From an uncultured Bacilli bacterium (GTDB taxonomy: Bacteria; Bacillota_I; Bacilli_A; RFN20; CAG-449): a stretch of 64,000 bases of DNA. Positions within the stretch are counted from its first letter, which is position 1. Each line of letters begins with the position of its first letter. Below the pieces are notes generated by a model. That model searched no databases. It was not told where the DNA came from and saw only the letters and a program-made list of their open reading frames with translations. This document shows, in pieces, positions 10,161 to 19,958 of the stretch. Position numbers and translations under genes: made by a program. Where the stretch lies: positions 1,414-65,413 of the forward strand of contig CALVJO010000004.1 of NCBI GenBank assembly GCA_944332225.1, written 5' to 3'.

Positions 10161-10970
10161 CTAGCGGAAAAAATGAATTAATTCGCGATAGACACCTTCT
10201 TCATCATTTGAAAATTCAGTCTCTTTAAAACAATATTTTTTCAGTTGTTTTGAAGATGAATTTTTCATCTTAAATCCATATTTGCTGGCTTGAATCATCT
10301 TTAAATCATTATCATTATCTCCAAAAGAGATAACTTGATCCTTTTTAATAGAGAATTTTTTCATCAAATACTCTAAGCAATCTCCTTTTGATGATTCTTT
10401 ATTTAAGATTTCAATAAAATTATCGTGGCTTCTAAATACTTGATAATCTAAAAAAGTGTTTTTAATTAGATTATAGTAGAGATCTAATTTATCTTTTGAA
10501 TCGGCAATGGTCATTTTAATAAATGATTCATTTGAATAATTAGCTAAATTAGTCTCATTGAGCTTAACATCAGTTATCTTTTCTTCTAAATAGACATAAT
10601 CGGTGATCTTATTAGTTACTAATAAGCCTGATAATGTGTAAGCAAAGAATCCTAAGTTTAATTTAGATATTAAGGATAAACCTTCTTTGATTACATCATA
10701 AGAGATTGTCTTGGTGAAAATTGGAGTTAAAGATTGATTTAGAACAATCTTGCTTCCGTTAAATGATATCGAGTAATCATCGATACCAGTTAAGTCTAAA
10801 AGTGAAAGATACTTTTTAAATGAAGTCTCTGGCCTTCCTGAAGCAAGAACAATTTTAACTCCTGAAGAATGAATTTGTTTTAGAAGATTAACTGTGTTAG
10901 GTGATATCTCTTTTTTTGAATCTAGTAAGGTACCATCTAAATCTAAAGCGATTAATTTTATTTTTTCCAC
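10161..10970 (-). CDS. Cof-type HAD-IIB family hydrolase (sugar-phosphatase-like)
   Basis: Motif I IALDLDGTLL. Motif IV GDNDNDLKM. Lys-containing motif III. 269 aa. Confidence 0.75.
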   Translation of the reverse strand: MEKIKLIALDLDGTLLDSKKEISPNTVNLLKQIHSSGVKIVLASGRPETSFKKYLSLLDLTGIDDYSISFNGSKIVLNQSLTPIFTKTISYDVIKEGLSLISKLNLGFFAYTLSGLLVTNKITDYVYLEEKITDVKLNETNLANYSNESFIKMTIADSKDKLDLYYNLIKNTFLDYQVFRSHDNFIEILNKESSKGDCLEYLMKKFSIKKDQVISFGDNDNDLKMIQASKYGFKMKNSSSKQLKKYCFKETEFSNDEEGVYRELIHFFR

Positions 10971-11029
10971 ATCAAAATATTAATTATTTTTACTCTTGAA
11001 TTCAATTTATCTTAACATTAATTATTTTT

Positions 11030-11833
11030 TTGGAAAAAGAAGATTATTTTGCCTATATTAATATTATGTTACGAATTCAAGATATTTCATTTTTAAAAAA
11101 TGACATCAAATTAACGATTATTAATGATAAAGCTTTAGAATCTTTCATTATCGATAAAGAGATTTTTTCAAATCATTTTTTGTATGTTAATAAAGAATTA
11201 TCTGCTGACGAGTTCGATAAGATTAAAAAAGAAGTTTATCTTAAAAATATCAGAAATAAAGTTGTAAAAAAGATTATTAATAAGCCTCTTTCAACATATG
11301 AGGTAAGACAATTTTTAAAAAACGAATCATTAGACGAAGAAAACATTAATTTATTAATTACCTATTTAAGTGAAATTCATCTTATAGATGATGAGAATTT
11401 AATGAAGGATTTAATCTCAATTTATGAAAATAAAAACTATTCATATCAAAAAATAAAAATGAAATTAAAACAAAGAGGATTAGAAACCTCCCTTAAGGAA
11501 GATATCTCTCTTGAAGAAAAAAAGGCAGAAGAGATATTTAATTCTTACTATCGAACAATTAAAAAGTATTCTTTAAAAGAGCAAAAAACTAAGATGAATG
11601 ATTATCTTATTAGACAAGGATTTTCCCCTGTAGTTAAAGATAAAGTTATCGAAAAATTATTTGTTGAAGATGATGATTTAGAAGATGAAAATTTAAAAAG
11701 AACAATCAATTTATACTTAGTTAAACATGCAACTTTTGATAATCAAGATCGAGATAAATTAATTTCTAGTCTTCTTAGAAAAGGTTACAAGTTAGATAAA
11801 ATAAAGAAAACTCTAGAAAATATCGATAAATAA
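11030..11833 (+). CDS. recX: RecX family regulatory protein
   Basis: 267 aa, the same size as Bacillus RecX/YfhG. Repeated three-helix motifs (KLKQRGLE..., LIRQGFSPVVKDKVIE, LLRKGYKLDKIKKTLE) match the RecX L..KGF..D.I repeats. The track start is TTG; an in-frame ATG lies at 11066. Confidence 0.55.
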   Translation: MEKEDYFAYINIMLRIQDISFLKNDIKLTIINDKALESFIIDKEIFSNHFLYVNKELSADEFDKIKKEVYLKNIRNKVVKKIINKPLSTYEVRQFLKNESLDEENINLLITYLSEIHLIDDENLMKDLISIYENKNYSYQKIKMKLKQRGLETSLKEDISLEEKKAEEIFNSYYRTIKKYSLKEQKTKMNDYLIRQGFSPVVKDKVIEKLFVEDDDLEDENLKRTINLYLVKHATFDNQDRDKLISSLLRKGYKLDKIKKTLENIDK

Positions 11834-12028
11834 CTTCTTGCAAGTCATTAAATAGTTAGTAGTTACGCATAATTAATAAAAAATAGTTTATAGTCTAATT
11901 TTTTCATATATTTCAAAGGGAATTTTGCTTCTAAAACAAAAAAATAATACAAGACTATCTACTATTTTTTTATTATTGAAATGAAAGAAACGCTAATTGA
12001 TGGTAGAATATAAGCGAGGAGAGATTTA

Positions 12029-12973
12029 ATGGAAAAATTTATAAATGAGTTTAAAGAAGGAGATAAAATTAACGCAGAATTATTATTAGTTAATTTTACT
12101 AAAGGTGTATCAAATGCCGGGGCTCCATATATAAGTTTGGTATTACAGGATAACACTGGAGCCATTGAAGCAAAGAAATGGGATATTAAAGATGTCGATT
12201 TACAAATGTTAACAATCGGGCATGTCTATTTATTTAACGCTGATGTTATTGATTATCGAGGTACATTACAATTAAAAATTGCTGGTATTCAAGAAGTGGA
12301 ACAAAACTCGATTGACTACACTAAATTTTGCTTACCTGCTCCTATTAAAAGAGAGGACATGATTAATAGATTAAATGGTTATTTGAGATCATTTAAAGAT
12401 GAAGATATTAAGAAAATAGTTAATTATCTTGTAGAAAAGCATTACAACGATTTTATTAATTTCCCGGCAGCTGTTAGAAATCACCATGAACATTTATCAG
12501 GACTTCTTTATCATACCTTGTCTATGGCGGACATCGGCGATTTTCTTGCCTCATATTATGATGATGTTGATCGCGATATGTTAATCGCTGGAATCATTTT
12601 GCACGATGTTGGAAAGACCATTGAATTATCAGGTCCTATCGCCACGAGATATACTCTAGAAGGAAGATTAATCGGCCATTTAGTTATATGCGCGAATGAA
12701 ATTCATGAAGCGGCTATAAAATTGAATATTGATAAGGAAAAAGCAATATTGTTAGAGCATATGATTTTAGCCCATCACGGAGAGAAAGAATATGGTTCTC
12801 CAGTCGTACCGATGACAAAAGAAGCCTTTATGTTGCATGCGATAGATGATCTAGATGCTAAAATGAATATGATTTCTAAAGGCTTAAATGGTATAGCTGA
12901 AGGTGAGTTTTCTCCTCGATTAATCGCATTTGATGGACAAAACTTCTACAAACCTAAAAATAAAAAGCAGTAG
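12029..12973 (+). CDS. yhaM: 3'-5' exoribonuclease YhaM (OB-fold + HD domain)
   Basis: N-terminal OB fold. HD motifs HHEHLSGLLYHTL...ILHDVGK. 314 aa, the same length as B. subtilis YhaM. RBS GGAGAG upstream. Confidence 0.8.
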   Translation: MEKFINEFKEGDKINAELLLVNFTKGVSNAGAPYISLVLQDNTGAIEAKKWDIKDVDLQMLTIGHVYLFNADVIDYRGTLQLKIAGIQEVEQNSIDYTKFCLPAPIKREDMINRLNGYLRSFKDEDIKKIVNYLVEKHYNDFINFPAAVRNHHEHLSGLLYHTLSMADIGDFLASYYDDVDRDMLIAGIILHDVGKTIELSGPIATRYTLEGRLIGHLVICANEIHEAAIKLNIDKEKAILLEHMILAHHGEKEYGSPVVPMTKEAFMLHAIDDLDAKMNMISKGLNGIAEGEFSPRLIAFDGQNFYKPKNKKQ

Positions 12974-12990
12974 TTGATACTGCTTTTCTT
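12959..12990. terminator. Rho-independent terminator shared by yhaM (+) and hit (-)
   Basis: AAAAAGCAGTAGTTGATACTGCTTTTCTTTT: 10-bp stem, 5-nt loop, flanked by A-run and T-run. Confidence 0.6.
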
Positions 12991-13404
12991 TTATAATTCG
13001 TCTTTAATTTTATTAGCGATTGTTGGGAGAGATAATTGCTCAATTTGTTTTGGCATAAAATCAATCTTAAGGTTGTCATTATAATCATATCTAGGGATGA
13101 CATGAATATGAAAGTGGAAGACTGATTGACCGGCAATCTCGTTAGTGTTTATCAATATATTGCATCCTTTTGCTCCTAAACCGGCAATTTGAGCTTGAGC
13201 TATTTTTTGAGCAACGTTAATTGCTCGATCTAATAGATCTTTTGGTACGTAGAGAAAATTTTGAAAGTGTTCTTTGGTGATAACTAAAGCGTGACCAACA
13301 GTTACCGGATTAGCGTCTAAAAAAGCTAGGATATAATCATCTTCATAAACCTTATTAGCCTTGATTTCTCCTTCTACAATTTTACAAAAAATACATTCTG
13401 ACAT
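12991..13404 (-). CDS. hit: HIT family protein (histidine triad nucleotide hydrolase)
   Basis: Histidine triad HFHIHVIPR. 137 aa. Confidence 0.85.
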   Translation of the reverse strand: MSECIFCKIVEGEIKANKVYEDDYILAFLDANPVTVGHALVITKEHFQNFLYVPKDLLDRAINVAQKIAQAQIAGLGAKGCNILINTNEIAGQSVFHFHIHVIPRYDYNDNLKIDFMPKQIEQLSLPTIANKIKDEL

Positions 13405-13447
13405 AGTTATTGAACTCCTTTAGATAATTATAAACCATTTTTTAAAA

Positions 13448-13475
13448 TGGGATAATAAAAAGGAGCTTTCGCTCC
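13448..13475 (-). terminator. Rho-independent terminator of the lipoprotein operon
   Basis: On the minus strand: CAGGAGCGAAAGCTCCTTTTTATTAT (GGAGC/GCTCC stem, GAAA loop, T-run), directly after the stop at 13482. Confidence 0.55.
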
Positions 13476-13481
13476 TGATTA

Positions 13482-15056
13482 TTAATTTTTATAAGAATAA
13501 TTATCATCGAAGACAGATGGATAATTTGTTTCGATGTAATCGTAGAAGTCTTGGTCACCGAAGGTTAAATCATAGTAATCAAGATAGTAAGTGAATGCTG
13601 AAGTTTGATAATTTTCAGTATCACCTAAGATTCTAGCAATCTCTTGAGCAACTTCAGCATTTTGTTCATCACGGAATGATGAAGTATTATAATATCCGTT
13701 TACGATGACAATATAATATGATGAAGTTCCTGAATCGTAAATTGCGTATTGTGATGAATAATCACCAGGTGCTGGATTTGATGGAACGCTCTCTGGAGTT
13801 AATAATGTAATATCACCATAAGTATCTGAATGGATAGTATCAAGATAGTTTTCTACTACACCTCTAAAGAGTCTAGATGTAATGCTTGATGGTAAATCAG
13901 ATAATCCACCTGATCTAACAGCCATTCCATCATCATAGTAAATTGTTGATGATTGTAGTTCTCTCTCTTTTAATGTGATACCCCATTCAAGAGGATAAGA
14001 ATAGCTACCGGTGTATTCTGAAGCTAAGGTTGAGTTATAGTTTGGATCAGTATCTTTTAAGAATTCCCATTCTCCATCAGGTTCGCTTTGAGTGGCAACG
14101 TGAGATAAATCCTCAGCCATCTCATCGGATTTTGTGAAGATTCCAGCTGTGGAAGCAAATTCAGCTTCTTTATGAGCTGTTGAATTAGGATCGCTTAATT
14201 CATTTTCATCATAGACTCCATTATAAAGTCTAGAGAGTGATATTAAATCGAATGAATCGGTAGGTAATCTACCATTAAAGTAAGCATCGAAATAAGCGTT
14301 AATCAATCTTGGTACTGAATCTAAGTGATCTTCAATATTAGTTAATTGAATGTAAGTAACATCTCTAGCGTATGATCTTCCGATAGTATTGAAATCTCTA
14401 TTGTAGATATATACGGATGTTAATAAAGTCTTGAGATAAGAAGGATAAATCTCTTTTTCAATATAATCGGTATAATCAGCGAAGAAGATATCTTCATAGG
14501 TTGAATCAGCAGTGATTAAGTAATCAGTATTATAGTCCTCATGACCTGGAATTAAATCTCCAACTAAGTAAAGTTGAGATCTTAATTCATTAACTAACTT
14601 CTCTTCTTGGAAAAGATAGTCAACGTTATAAGAATCTCCCTTAGCTATATCAACTAAAGCGTCTTTAACGTGTTCAGTGATGATGTTTTCAATTTTGGTA
14701 GCTGATTCGCTGATTGAGGCGTCGTAAGAGACTTTCTCTCTACCCGCTAAACCATTTGTAACATTAGTTAAGACGGTTTCAAATTGTTCTTTTGTAAGAT
14801 TATAGAACTTTGATACCTCTGATTTAGCAATTTCAGTGACGATAGCATCGAAGATGGTTTCGTTAGAAGTACCCGCGGAAATCATTTGATCATAGATACC
14901 TTCGAAATCGTTACCGTAGTAATCATTTTTAGAATCACCGAAGTTAACTAAGTTATCGTTGTCTAAGATTGTGCCTGGTCTAGCAACGATATCATCACAG
15001 GCAAATAACATAGTAGAGGTTAAGGCAATGATTAATGCTTTATTAAATCTTTTCAT
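13482..15056 (-). CDS. Lipoprotein, PrsA-N-terminal-like paralog (function unknown)
   Basis: Signal and lipobox MKRFNKALIIALTSTMLFAC. 524 aa. N-terminal region resembles that of the upstream PrsA-like gene. 1-nt gap to the upstream gene, so an operon. Confidence 0.5.
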   Translation of the reverse strand: MKRFNKALIIALTSTMLFACDDIVARPGTILDNDNLVNFGDSKNDYYGNDFEGIYDQMISAGTSNETIFDAIVTEIAKSEVSKFYNLTKEQFETVLTNVTNGLAGREKVSYDASISESATKIENIITEHVKDALVDIAKGDSYNVDYLFQEEKLVNELRSQLYLVGDLIPGHEDYNTDYLITADSTYEDIFFADYTDYIEKEIYPSYLKTLLTSVYIYNRDFNTIGRSYARDVTYIQLTNIEDHLDSVPRLINAYFDAYFNGRLPTDSFDLISLSRLYNGVYDENELSDPNSTAHKEAEFASTAGIFTKSDEMAEDLSHVATQSEPDGEWEFLKDTDPNYNSTLASEYTGSYSYPLEWGITLKERELQSSTIYYDDGMAVRSGGLSDLPSSITSRLFRGVVENYLDTIHSDTYGDITLLTPESVPSNPAPGDYSSQYAIYDSGTSSYYIVIVNGYYNTSSFRDEQNAEVAQEIARILGDTENYQTSAFTYYLDYYDLTFGDQDFYDYIETNYPSVFDDNYSYKN

Positions 15057-15057
15057 A

Positions 15058-16785
15058 TTAATTGTTACCTCCTATGGTTTGATAATCACTATCAAATTGT
15101 TTGATTTGTTCTTCGCTAATGAGAGTAGATTCTAATTGATCTTGTAATTTTAATAATCTAACATACTCATCCCAAGAGTTTTGATAAGTTTCTTGAGCGT
15201 CATATGAAGCGGTATCTCTAGCCGCGGAGATATATGCATCAATTAATTCAGAAATATTTTCGTTAATGGTAACTCCACCCTTAGACTCTTGAGCATCAGC
15301 AAGAGCTGTTTCATAGAATCTAAAGGACATATGGGAATCGAATCCTTTGACTAATTTTTCAATATCATTAGCTCTAGTAGCATAATCTGATTCAGTTCCT
15401 TTAATGAATGTTACATAGTTATCCATTTGAGAAACATCATCGGTAGCTGTTGGAGTCTCCATTGTGTAATATTTCATCATTGAATCGATTAATTGATCAA
15501 CAGTTTGATCAGCAGTCTTTTCAAATGGTGATTTTTGAATGACGATGAAGAACATTCCTTGATATCCTGAAGAAGTTTCAGAGTCGCCTGAAGAATCTCC
15601 AGATCCACCTCTTGCGACTAAGATAGGATTGTGATTTTCATCACAAAGGATATCGTCAGCTTTGTTCTCAGAAGCTGATAATCCATCAACATGTTCAAAT
15701 CTGGTGCTGTCTTGAACAGATGCTTCAGTTCCACGAGTGATAACATTTAAAGCGTGATCATTTAAATAAAGATTGAAGAGAATGTTTCTTGGATAATAAG
15801 ATTCATTACCATCCATAACATTCATTCCGTTTTCGTTAGTGGTGATATTAGCCATATTACCTAAATTAACGAAAGCTTGATAAGGAATTCTATTGATTGA
15901 CTCTTCAAGATAAGTTGTGTCTTCTTCTGATAAAGGGATAAGTGGTGAACCGCTCTTCATTACATATTGAGAGCTCTCGCCAGTTTGTCTTGCATTATAA
16001 GCAGTAACAGCATCGGTAGCATTAGCGTTATATAATGCATCGTATTGATAGACTGCATACTTAAATTCATTAACGAAAGTAGTAGTAGTATCCATAATTG
16101 ATGTTTCACCATACTTAGAAGCTGATGAGCTATCATCAGATACTTGTAAGGCGATTTCACCAAAGGATAAGTTACCTTCAGCTAATAATCTAACCGCACT
16201 TGATAAGTCTCTAGCATCTTGTTCAGAAAGGGTTCCTCTATTTAATGAAGTGCCAGCTGATGATTCGACCAAGATGTGTCTAATGTGATATGGAGCATAA
16301 TATTCAATATACTCTTTTAATAGGCTATATAAGTTCTGCTTTTCATTGGCGTCATAATAGTCTTGTTCAAATTCCTCTTTTTGAGCATCAAGAATGTAGA
16401 TTTCTTCAAGTTCATCAAGAGATTCAACACCTTGTTCTTCGAGAGCATCGGATAACTCTTGGCTGTATGATGTGCCATTAGTTGATGCTGCTGATCTAGC
16501 GCTTTGAACAAAATCGTCTAAGTTGTTAGATACGGTTTGTTCGATGGTGTTGGTAATTGGTTGAACTGCTCTTACTAAGACATCATATACAGCTTCGAAA
16601 TATTGACTAGCACCGGTTTCACTACTTGAGTAGTTATCGAATAAATCGTTAGCAGTATAAGTGGTACCATCTCCTAGGGTAACGATAACTTGATTACCTT
16701 GATCGTCAGTAATCTGAGAAATGCCGCTACATCCAACGAGAGTTAGCCCACCGACCATTGATAAGAGAAGTATTCTTTTTTTCAT
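15058..16785 (-). CDS. PrsA-like lipoprotein with parvulin-type peptidyl-prolyl isomerase domain
   Basis: Start adjusted to ATG 16785 (MKKRILLLSMVGGLTLVGCSG) with AAGGAGG 7 nt upstream. The track's TTG start at 16809 overlaps that RBS. Parvulin signature YHIRHILVESSAG...FGEIALQVSDDSSSASKYGE...FVNEFKYAVYQ aligns with B. subtilis PrsA (ASHILVKDE...FAALAKQYSEDTGSKEQGGE...VKEFEEAAYKL). Confidence 0.55.
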   Translation of the reverse strand: MKKRILLLSMVGGLTLVGCSGISQITDDQGNQVIVTLGDGTTYTANDLFDNYSSSETGASQYFEAVYDVLVRAVQPITNTIEQTVSNNLDDFVQSARSAASTNGTSYSQELSDALEEQGVESLDELEEIYILDAQKEEFEQDYYDANEKQNLYSLLKEYIEYYAPYHIRHILVESSAGTSLNRGTLSEQDARDLSSAVRLLAEGNLSFGEIALQVSDDSSSASKYGETSIMDTTTTFVNEFKYAVYQYDALYNANATDAVTAYNARQTGESSQYVMKSGSPLIPLSEEDTTYLEESINRIPYQAFVNLGNMANITTNENGMNVMDGNESYYPRNILFNLYLNDHALNVITRGTEASVQDSTRFEHVDGLSASENKADDILCDENHNPILVARGGSGDSSGDSETSSGYQGMFFIVIQKSPFEKTADQTVDQLIDSMMKYYTMETPTATDDVSQMDNYVTFIKGTESDYATRANDIEKLVKGFDSHMSFRFYETALADAQESKGGVTINENISELIDAYISAARDTASYDAQETYQNSWDEYVRLLKLQDQLESTLISEEQIKQFDSDYQTIGGNN

Positions 16786-16995
16786 GGGCAAAAAGTCCTC
16801 CTTTTTCAAATTATAGCGTATTAATAATACTTTATGTGTATTACCTTTTCAACATAAAAAAATGGTTTTTTGAGCTTGGTAAACGGGAGGAAATTTCGCG
16901 CTCGCGCATGTGAGATTATTTATATTGATTATTAATAGTTAGGATAAGGGCAAATATTTGGTTAATTGAACATGTTTTCTTGTCTAGATTAACGT

Positions 16996-17085
16996 TAAGC
17001 GCTTAGTAACGAAGATGATTAAGCTTAGATTTTATTGTTCTTTAATTAGTTTTTGCTTTGTAGTAGAATATCTAAGCTAAGGAGG
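16996..17085 (+). promoter_or_regulatory. suf operon leader with 10-bp perfect palindrome TAAGCGCTTA, a second TAAGCTTA palindrome, and a 9-bp inverted repeat ending at the RBS
   Basis: TAAGCGCTTA at 16996-17005. TAAGCTTAG at 17021-17029. AGCTTAGAT (17022-17030) pairs with ATCTAAGCT (17070-17078), immediately before RBS AAGGAGG (17079-17085) and the sufC ATG at 17097. Confidence 0.3.
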
Positions 17086-17096
17086 AATTCTCTTCT

Positions 17097-17915
17097 ATGA
17101 ATAAATTAGAAATTATTAATCTTCATGTTTCAGTTGAAGATAAAGAAATATTAAAAGGTGTAAACTTAACAATTAATCAAGGTGAATGCTTAGCCTTGTT
17201 AGGACCTAATGGCCATGGAAAATCAACTTTGCTCGCAGCAATCATGGGGAACCCTCATTATAAAGTTACTCAAGGCAAAATATTATTAGATGGTGAGGAT
17301 GTTCTTTCAATGTCGATAGATGAAAGATCTAAGAAAGGTTTATTCCTTGCTATGCAATATCCTAGCGAGATTCCTGGAGTTGTTAATCAAGATTTTTTAA
17401 GAGCTAGCATGAACGCTCATCGCGATACTCCAATTAAATTATTTGAATTTTATCGAAGCGTAGAATCAGCATCTAAAAAAGTTAATTTACCATTAGATAT
17501 GGTTAATAGATTTTTAAATGAAGGATTCTCAGGTGGAGAAAAAAAGCGTAATGAGATACTTCAATTAATTTTACTTAATCCTTCTATCGCTCTTTTAGAT
17601 GAAATTGATTCAGGATTAGATGTTGATGCGATTAATACCATAGCTTCAGTTATCGATGACTTACATCAAAAAGGAATGTCCTTTTTAGTGGTTAGCCATT
17701 ATGCAAGGCTATATGATTTAATTCATCCAACTCACTCGGCGATAATGATCAACGGTAAAATCGTTTTAGAAGGCGATAAAACTTTAATCGATCGAGTTGA
17801 TAAAGAAGGCTACGAATTTTTAAAACGCGAGCATGGTATAGATATCGCTAAAGAAGAAAAGAAAATGAATACCGTTTCATTAGGTGCCTGCGCGGTAAAT
17901 CAAGGCACAAAATAA
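17097..17915 (+). CDS. sufC: Fe-S cluster assembly ATPase SufC
   Basis: MNKLEIINLHVSVEDKEILKGVNLTINQGECLALLGPNGHGKSTL (Walker A). ABC signature FSGGEKKR. No transmembrane partner. Confidence 0.9.
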   Translation: MNKLEIINLHVSVEDKEILKGVNLTINQGECLALLGPNGHGKSTLLAAIMGNPHYKVTQGKILLDGEDVLSMSIDERSKKGLFLAMQYPSEIPGVVNQDFLRASMNAHRDTPIKLFEFYRSVESASKKVNLPLDMVNRFLNEGFSGGEKKRNEILQLILLNPSIALLDEIDSGLDVDAINTIASVIDDLHQKGMSFLVVSHYARLYDLIHPTHSAIMINGKIVLEGDKTLIDRVDKEGYEFLKREHGIDIAKEEKKMNTVSLGACAVNQGTK

Positions 17916-17923
17916 GGAGTAAT

Positions 17924-18730
17924 ATGAATAAAAAAGATATTACAAATTCCTTAAAATCAGTAAATGTATTAGAAGAAAAAACTTTAAACTATATTGATTT
18001 TACAAAGGTTGATTCTTCTGTACCTTTATCTTTTGATATTGTTGAAAACAGTTTTGTTTACTTATCTTTAAGAGGGAATTGCTCATCAGATATCACATTT
18101 AATGTTAAAGAAAATTCTACTTTAATCTTAAATATTTTATTTGATACTCAAATTAATTCTAAAGTTAAGTTTGCTTTAGATGATAATGCAACTATCAATG
18201 TATCTGGATGCGATTTAATGTCATCAAATCGTGATTTCCATTTAACTTGTGATTTAAATGGCATTAATTCTAAAGGTGAATTTCATCTAGCTTGCTTATC
18301 TTCCGCTAATGATAATAAAGTGTTTGATGTTAACTTTAATCATCTAAATATCAATACCGTTTCAATTATGGAAAATTATGGGATAAGCAAGGATCATTCT
18401 TCCTTATCTTTTGTTGGTAATTCCTTTATTCAAAGAGGAAGCAAGAAAGCTAATGCAAGACAGATAACTAAAATTGTCGCTTTCGATGAAGGAGTGAAGG
18501 TTAAAGCTTCTCCTATATTATCAATCGATGAAAATGATGTAATAGCCTCTCACGGAGCTTCTGAAGGGCAGGTTAATCAAGATCATATCTTTTATCTTAT
18601 GTCCCGCGGATTAAGCGAAGAAGAAGCTAAAAAAATTATTATATTAGGATATCTATCCCCAATTATTAATTATTTTATTGATGATGATATGAAACAAGAA
18701 ATATCTTCTCATCTAGATAGGGGGATATAG
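17924..18730 (+). CDS. sufD: Fe-S cluster assembly protein SufD (short form)
   Basis: C-terminal SufB/SufD beta-helix signature ...[37 protein letters not shown]. 268 aa. Lies between sufC and sufS. Confidence 0.75.
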   Translation: MNKKDITNSLKSVNVLEEKTLNYIDFTKVDSSVPLSFDIVENSFVYLSLRGNCSSDITFNVKENSTLILNILFDTQINSKVKFALDDNATINVSGCDLMSSNRDFHLTCDLNGINSKGEFHLACLSSANDNKVFDVNFNHLNINTVSIMENYGISKDHSSLSFVGNSFIQRGSKKANARQITKIVAFDEGVKVKASPILSIDENDVIASHGASEGQVNQDHIFYLMSRGLSEEEAKKIIILGYLSPIINYFIDDDMKQEISSHLDRGI

Positions 18731-18731
18731 T

Positions 18732-19958
18732 ATGTTTGATATTGAAAAAATTCGTAATGATTTTCCAATGCTAAAGCAAACGATGCAAAATCATCCTTTG
18801 ATCTATTTTGATAATGGGGCTACCACATTAAAACCTAATCAAGTTATAGATGCTGAGATGGAGTATTATAAATCTTACACCGCGAATGCCCATCGGGGTG
18901 ATTATGATATTGCATATAAAGTAGATACTGAATATGAATCAGCTAGAAAAAAAATAGCTAAATTCATCAATGCAGGAGATAACGAAGTGGTCTTCACTTC
19001 AGGTACTTCTATGGGATTAAATATGATAGCCCATGGTCTTGCCTATAGTTATTTGCATGAGGGGGATATCATTTTAATCTCAGAGGCAGAGCATGCATCT
19101 AATGTTCTTCCATGGTTTAAGGCTGCAGAGATAGCTAAAGCAAAGATTGAATATATTCCTTTAGATGAGAAGGGTAGAGTTACCCTTGAAAATTTAAAGA
19201 AAGTTATAACTCCAAGATGCAAGGTAGTCGCTTTAGCTCATATCAGCAATGTCTTAGGATATGAAATAGATGTCATAAACTTCAGTAAAATAATCCATGA
19301 AAATGGAGGTTTGTTCGTTTTAGATGGCGCGCAAAGCGTTCCTCATAAAAAAGTTGATGTTAAGCTTCTAGATGTTGATTTCTTAGTGTTTTCAGGACAT
19401 AAGATGCTCGGCCCAACCGGGATAGGAGCAATGTATGGTAAATATGATTTACTATTAAAATTAGACCCTCTTATGACTGGAGGAGGAATGAATACAACAT
19501 TCGATATGTGCGGACATATAGGATATCAATATCCTCCTTTAAAGTTTGAAGCAGGCACTCAAAATATTGCAGGAGCAATCGGCTTTGGAGCTGCGATTGA
19601 TTATTTGAATAATATCGGAATGGATATTATTGAAAAAAGAGAAGCTGAATTAAAAGAATATGCTATTAATAAGATGAAGGATCTTGATAACATAATAATC
19701 TATAACTCAGATTCTACATCTTCGATCATCACATTTAATTTTAAAGATGTTTTCGCTCAAGACGGGGCAACTTTATTAAATTCTAAGGGAATCGCGGTTA
19801 GAAGCGGTCTTCACTGCGCGAAGATTTTAGTCGATTTTCTTAAAACTGATGCGACGATTAGAGCTTCTTTATATTTTTATAACACCAAAGAAGAAATTGA
19901 TTATTTTGTAGAACAATTAAAGAAAGGTGAGGATTTTCTAGATGCCTATTTTATTTAA
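18732..19958 (+). CDS. sufS: Cysteine desulfurase SufS (class V aminotransferase)
   Basis: PLP lysine context FLVFSGHKMLGPTGIGAMYG. RASLYFYNTKEEID C-terminus. 408 aa. Confidence 0.9.
   Translation: MFDIEKIRNDFPMLKQTMQNHPLIYFDNGATTLKPNQVIDAEMEYYKSYTANAHRGDYDIAYKVDTEYESARKKIAKFINAGDNEVVFTSGTSMGLNMIAHGLAYSYLHEGDIILISEAEHASNVLPWFKAAEIAKAKIEYIPLDEKGRVTLENLKKVITPRCKVVALAHISNVLGYEIDVINFSKIIHENGGLFVLDGAQSVPHKKVDVKLLDVDFLVFSGHKMLGPTGIGAMYGKYDLLLKLDPLMTGGGMNTTFDMCGHIGYQYPPLKFEAGTQNIAGAIGFGAAIDYLNNIGMDIIEKREAELKEYAINKMKDLDNIIIYNSDSTSSIITFNFKDVFAQDGATLLNSKGIAVRSGLHCAKILVDFLKTDATIRASLYFYNTKEEIDYFVEQLKKGEDFLDAYFI

Noticed and set aside
11962-13136. ORFs 11962-12165 (-) and 12954-13136 (-)
   Set aside because: The first overlaps the yhaM start and promoter region antisense. 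The second overlaps hit in another frame.
15960-16511. Three short ORFs (15960-16163 -, 16290-16481 +, 16317-16511 -)
   Set aside because: Embedded within the 575-aa PrsA-like lipoprotein gene. Alternative-frame artefacts.
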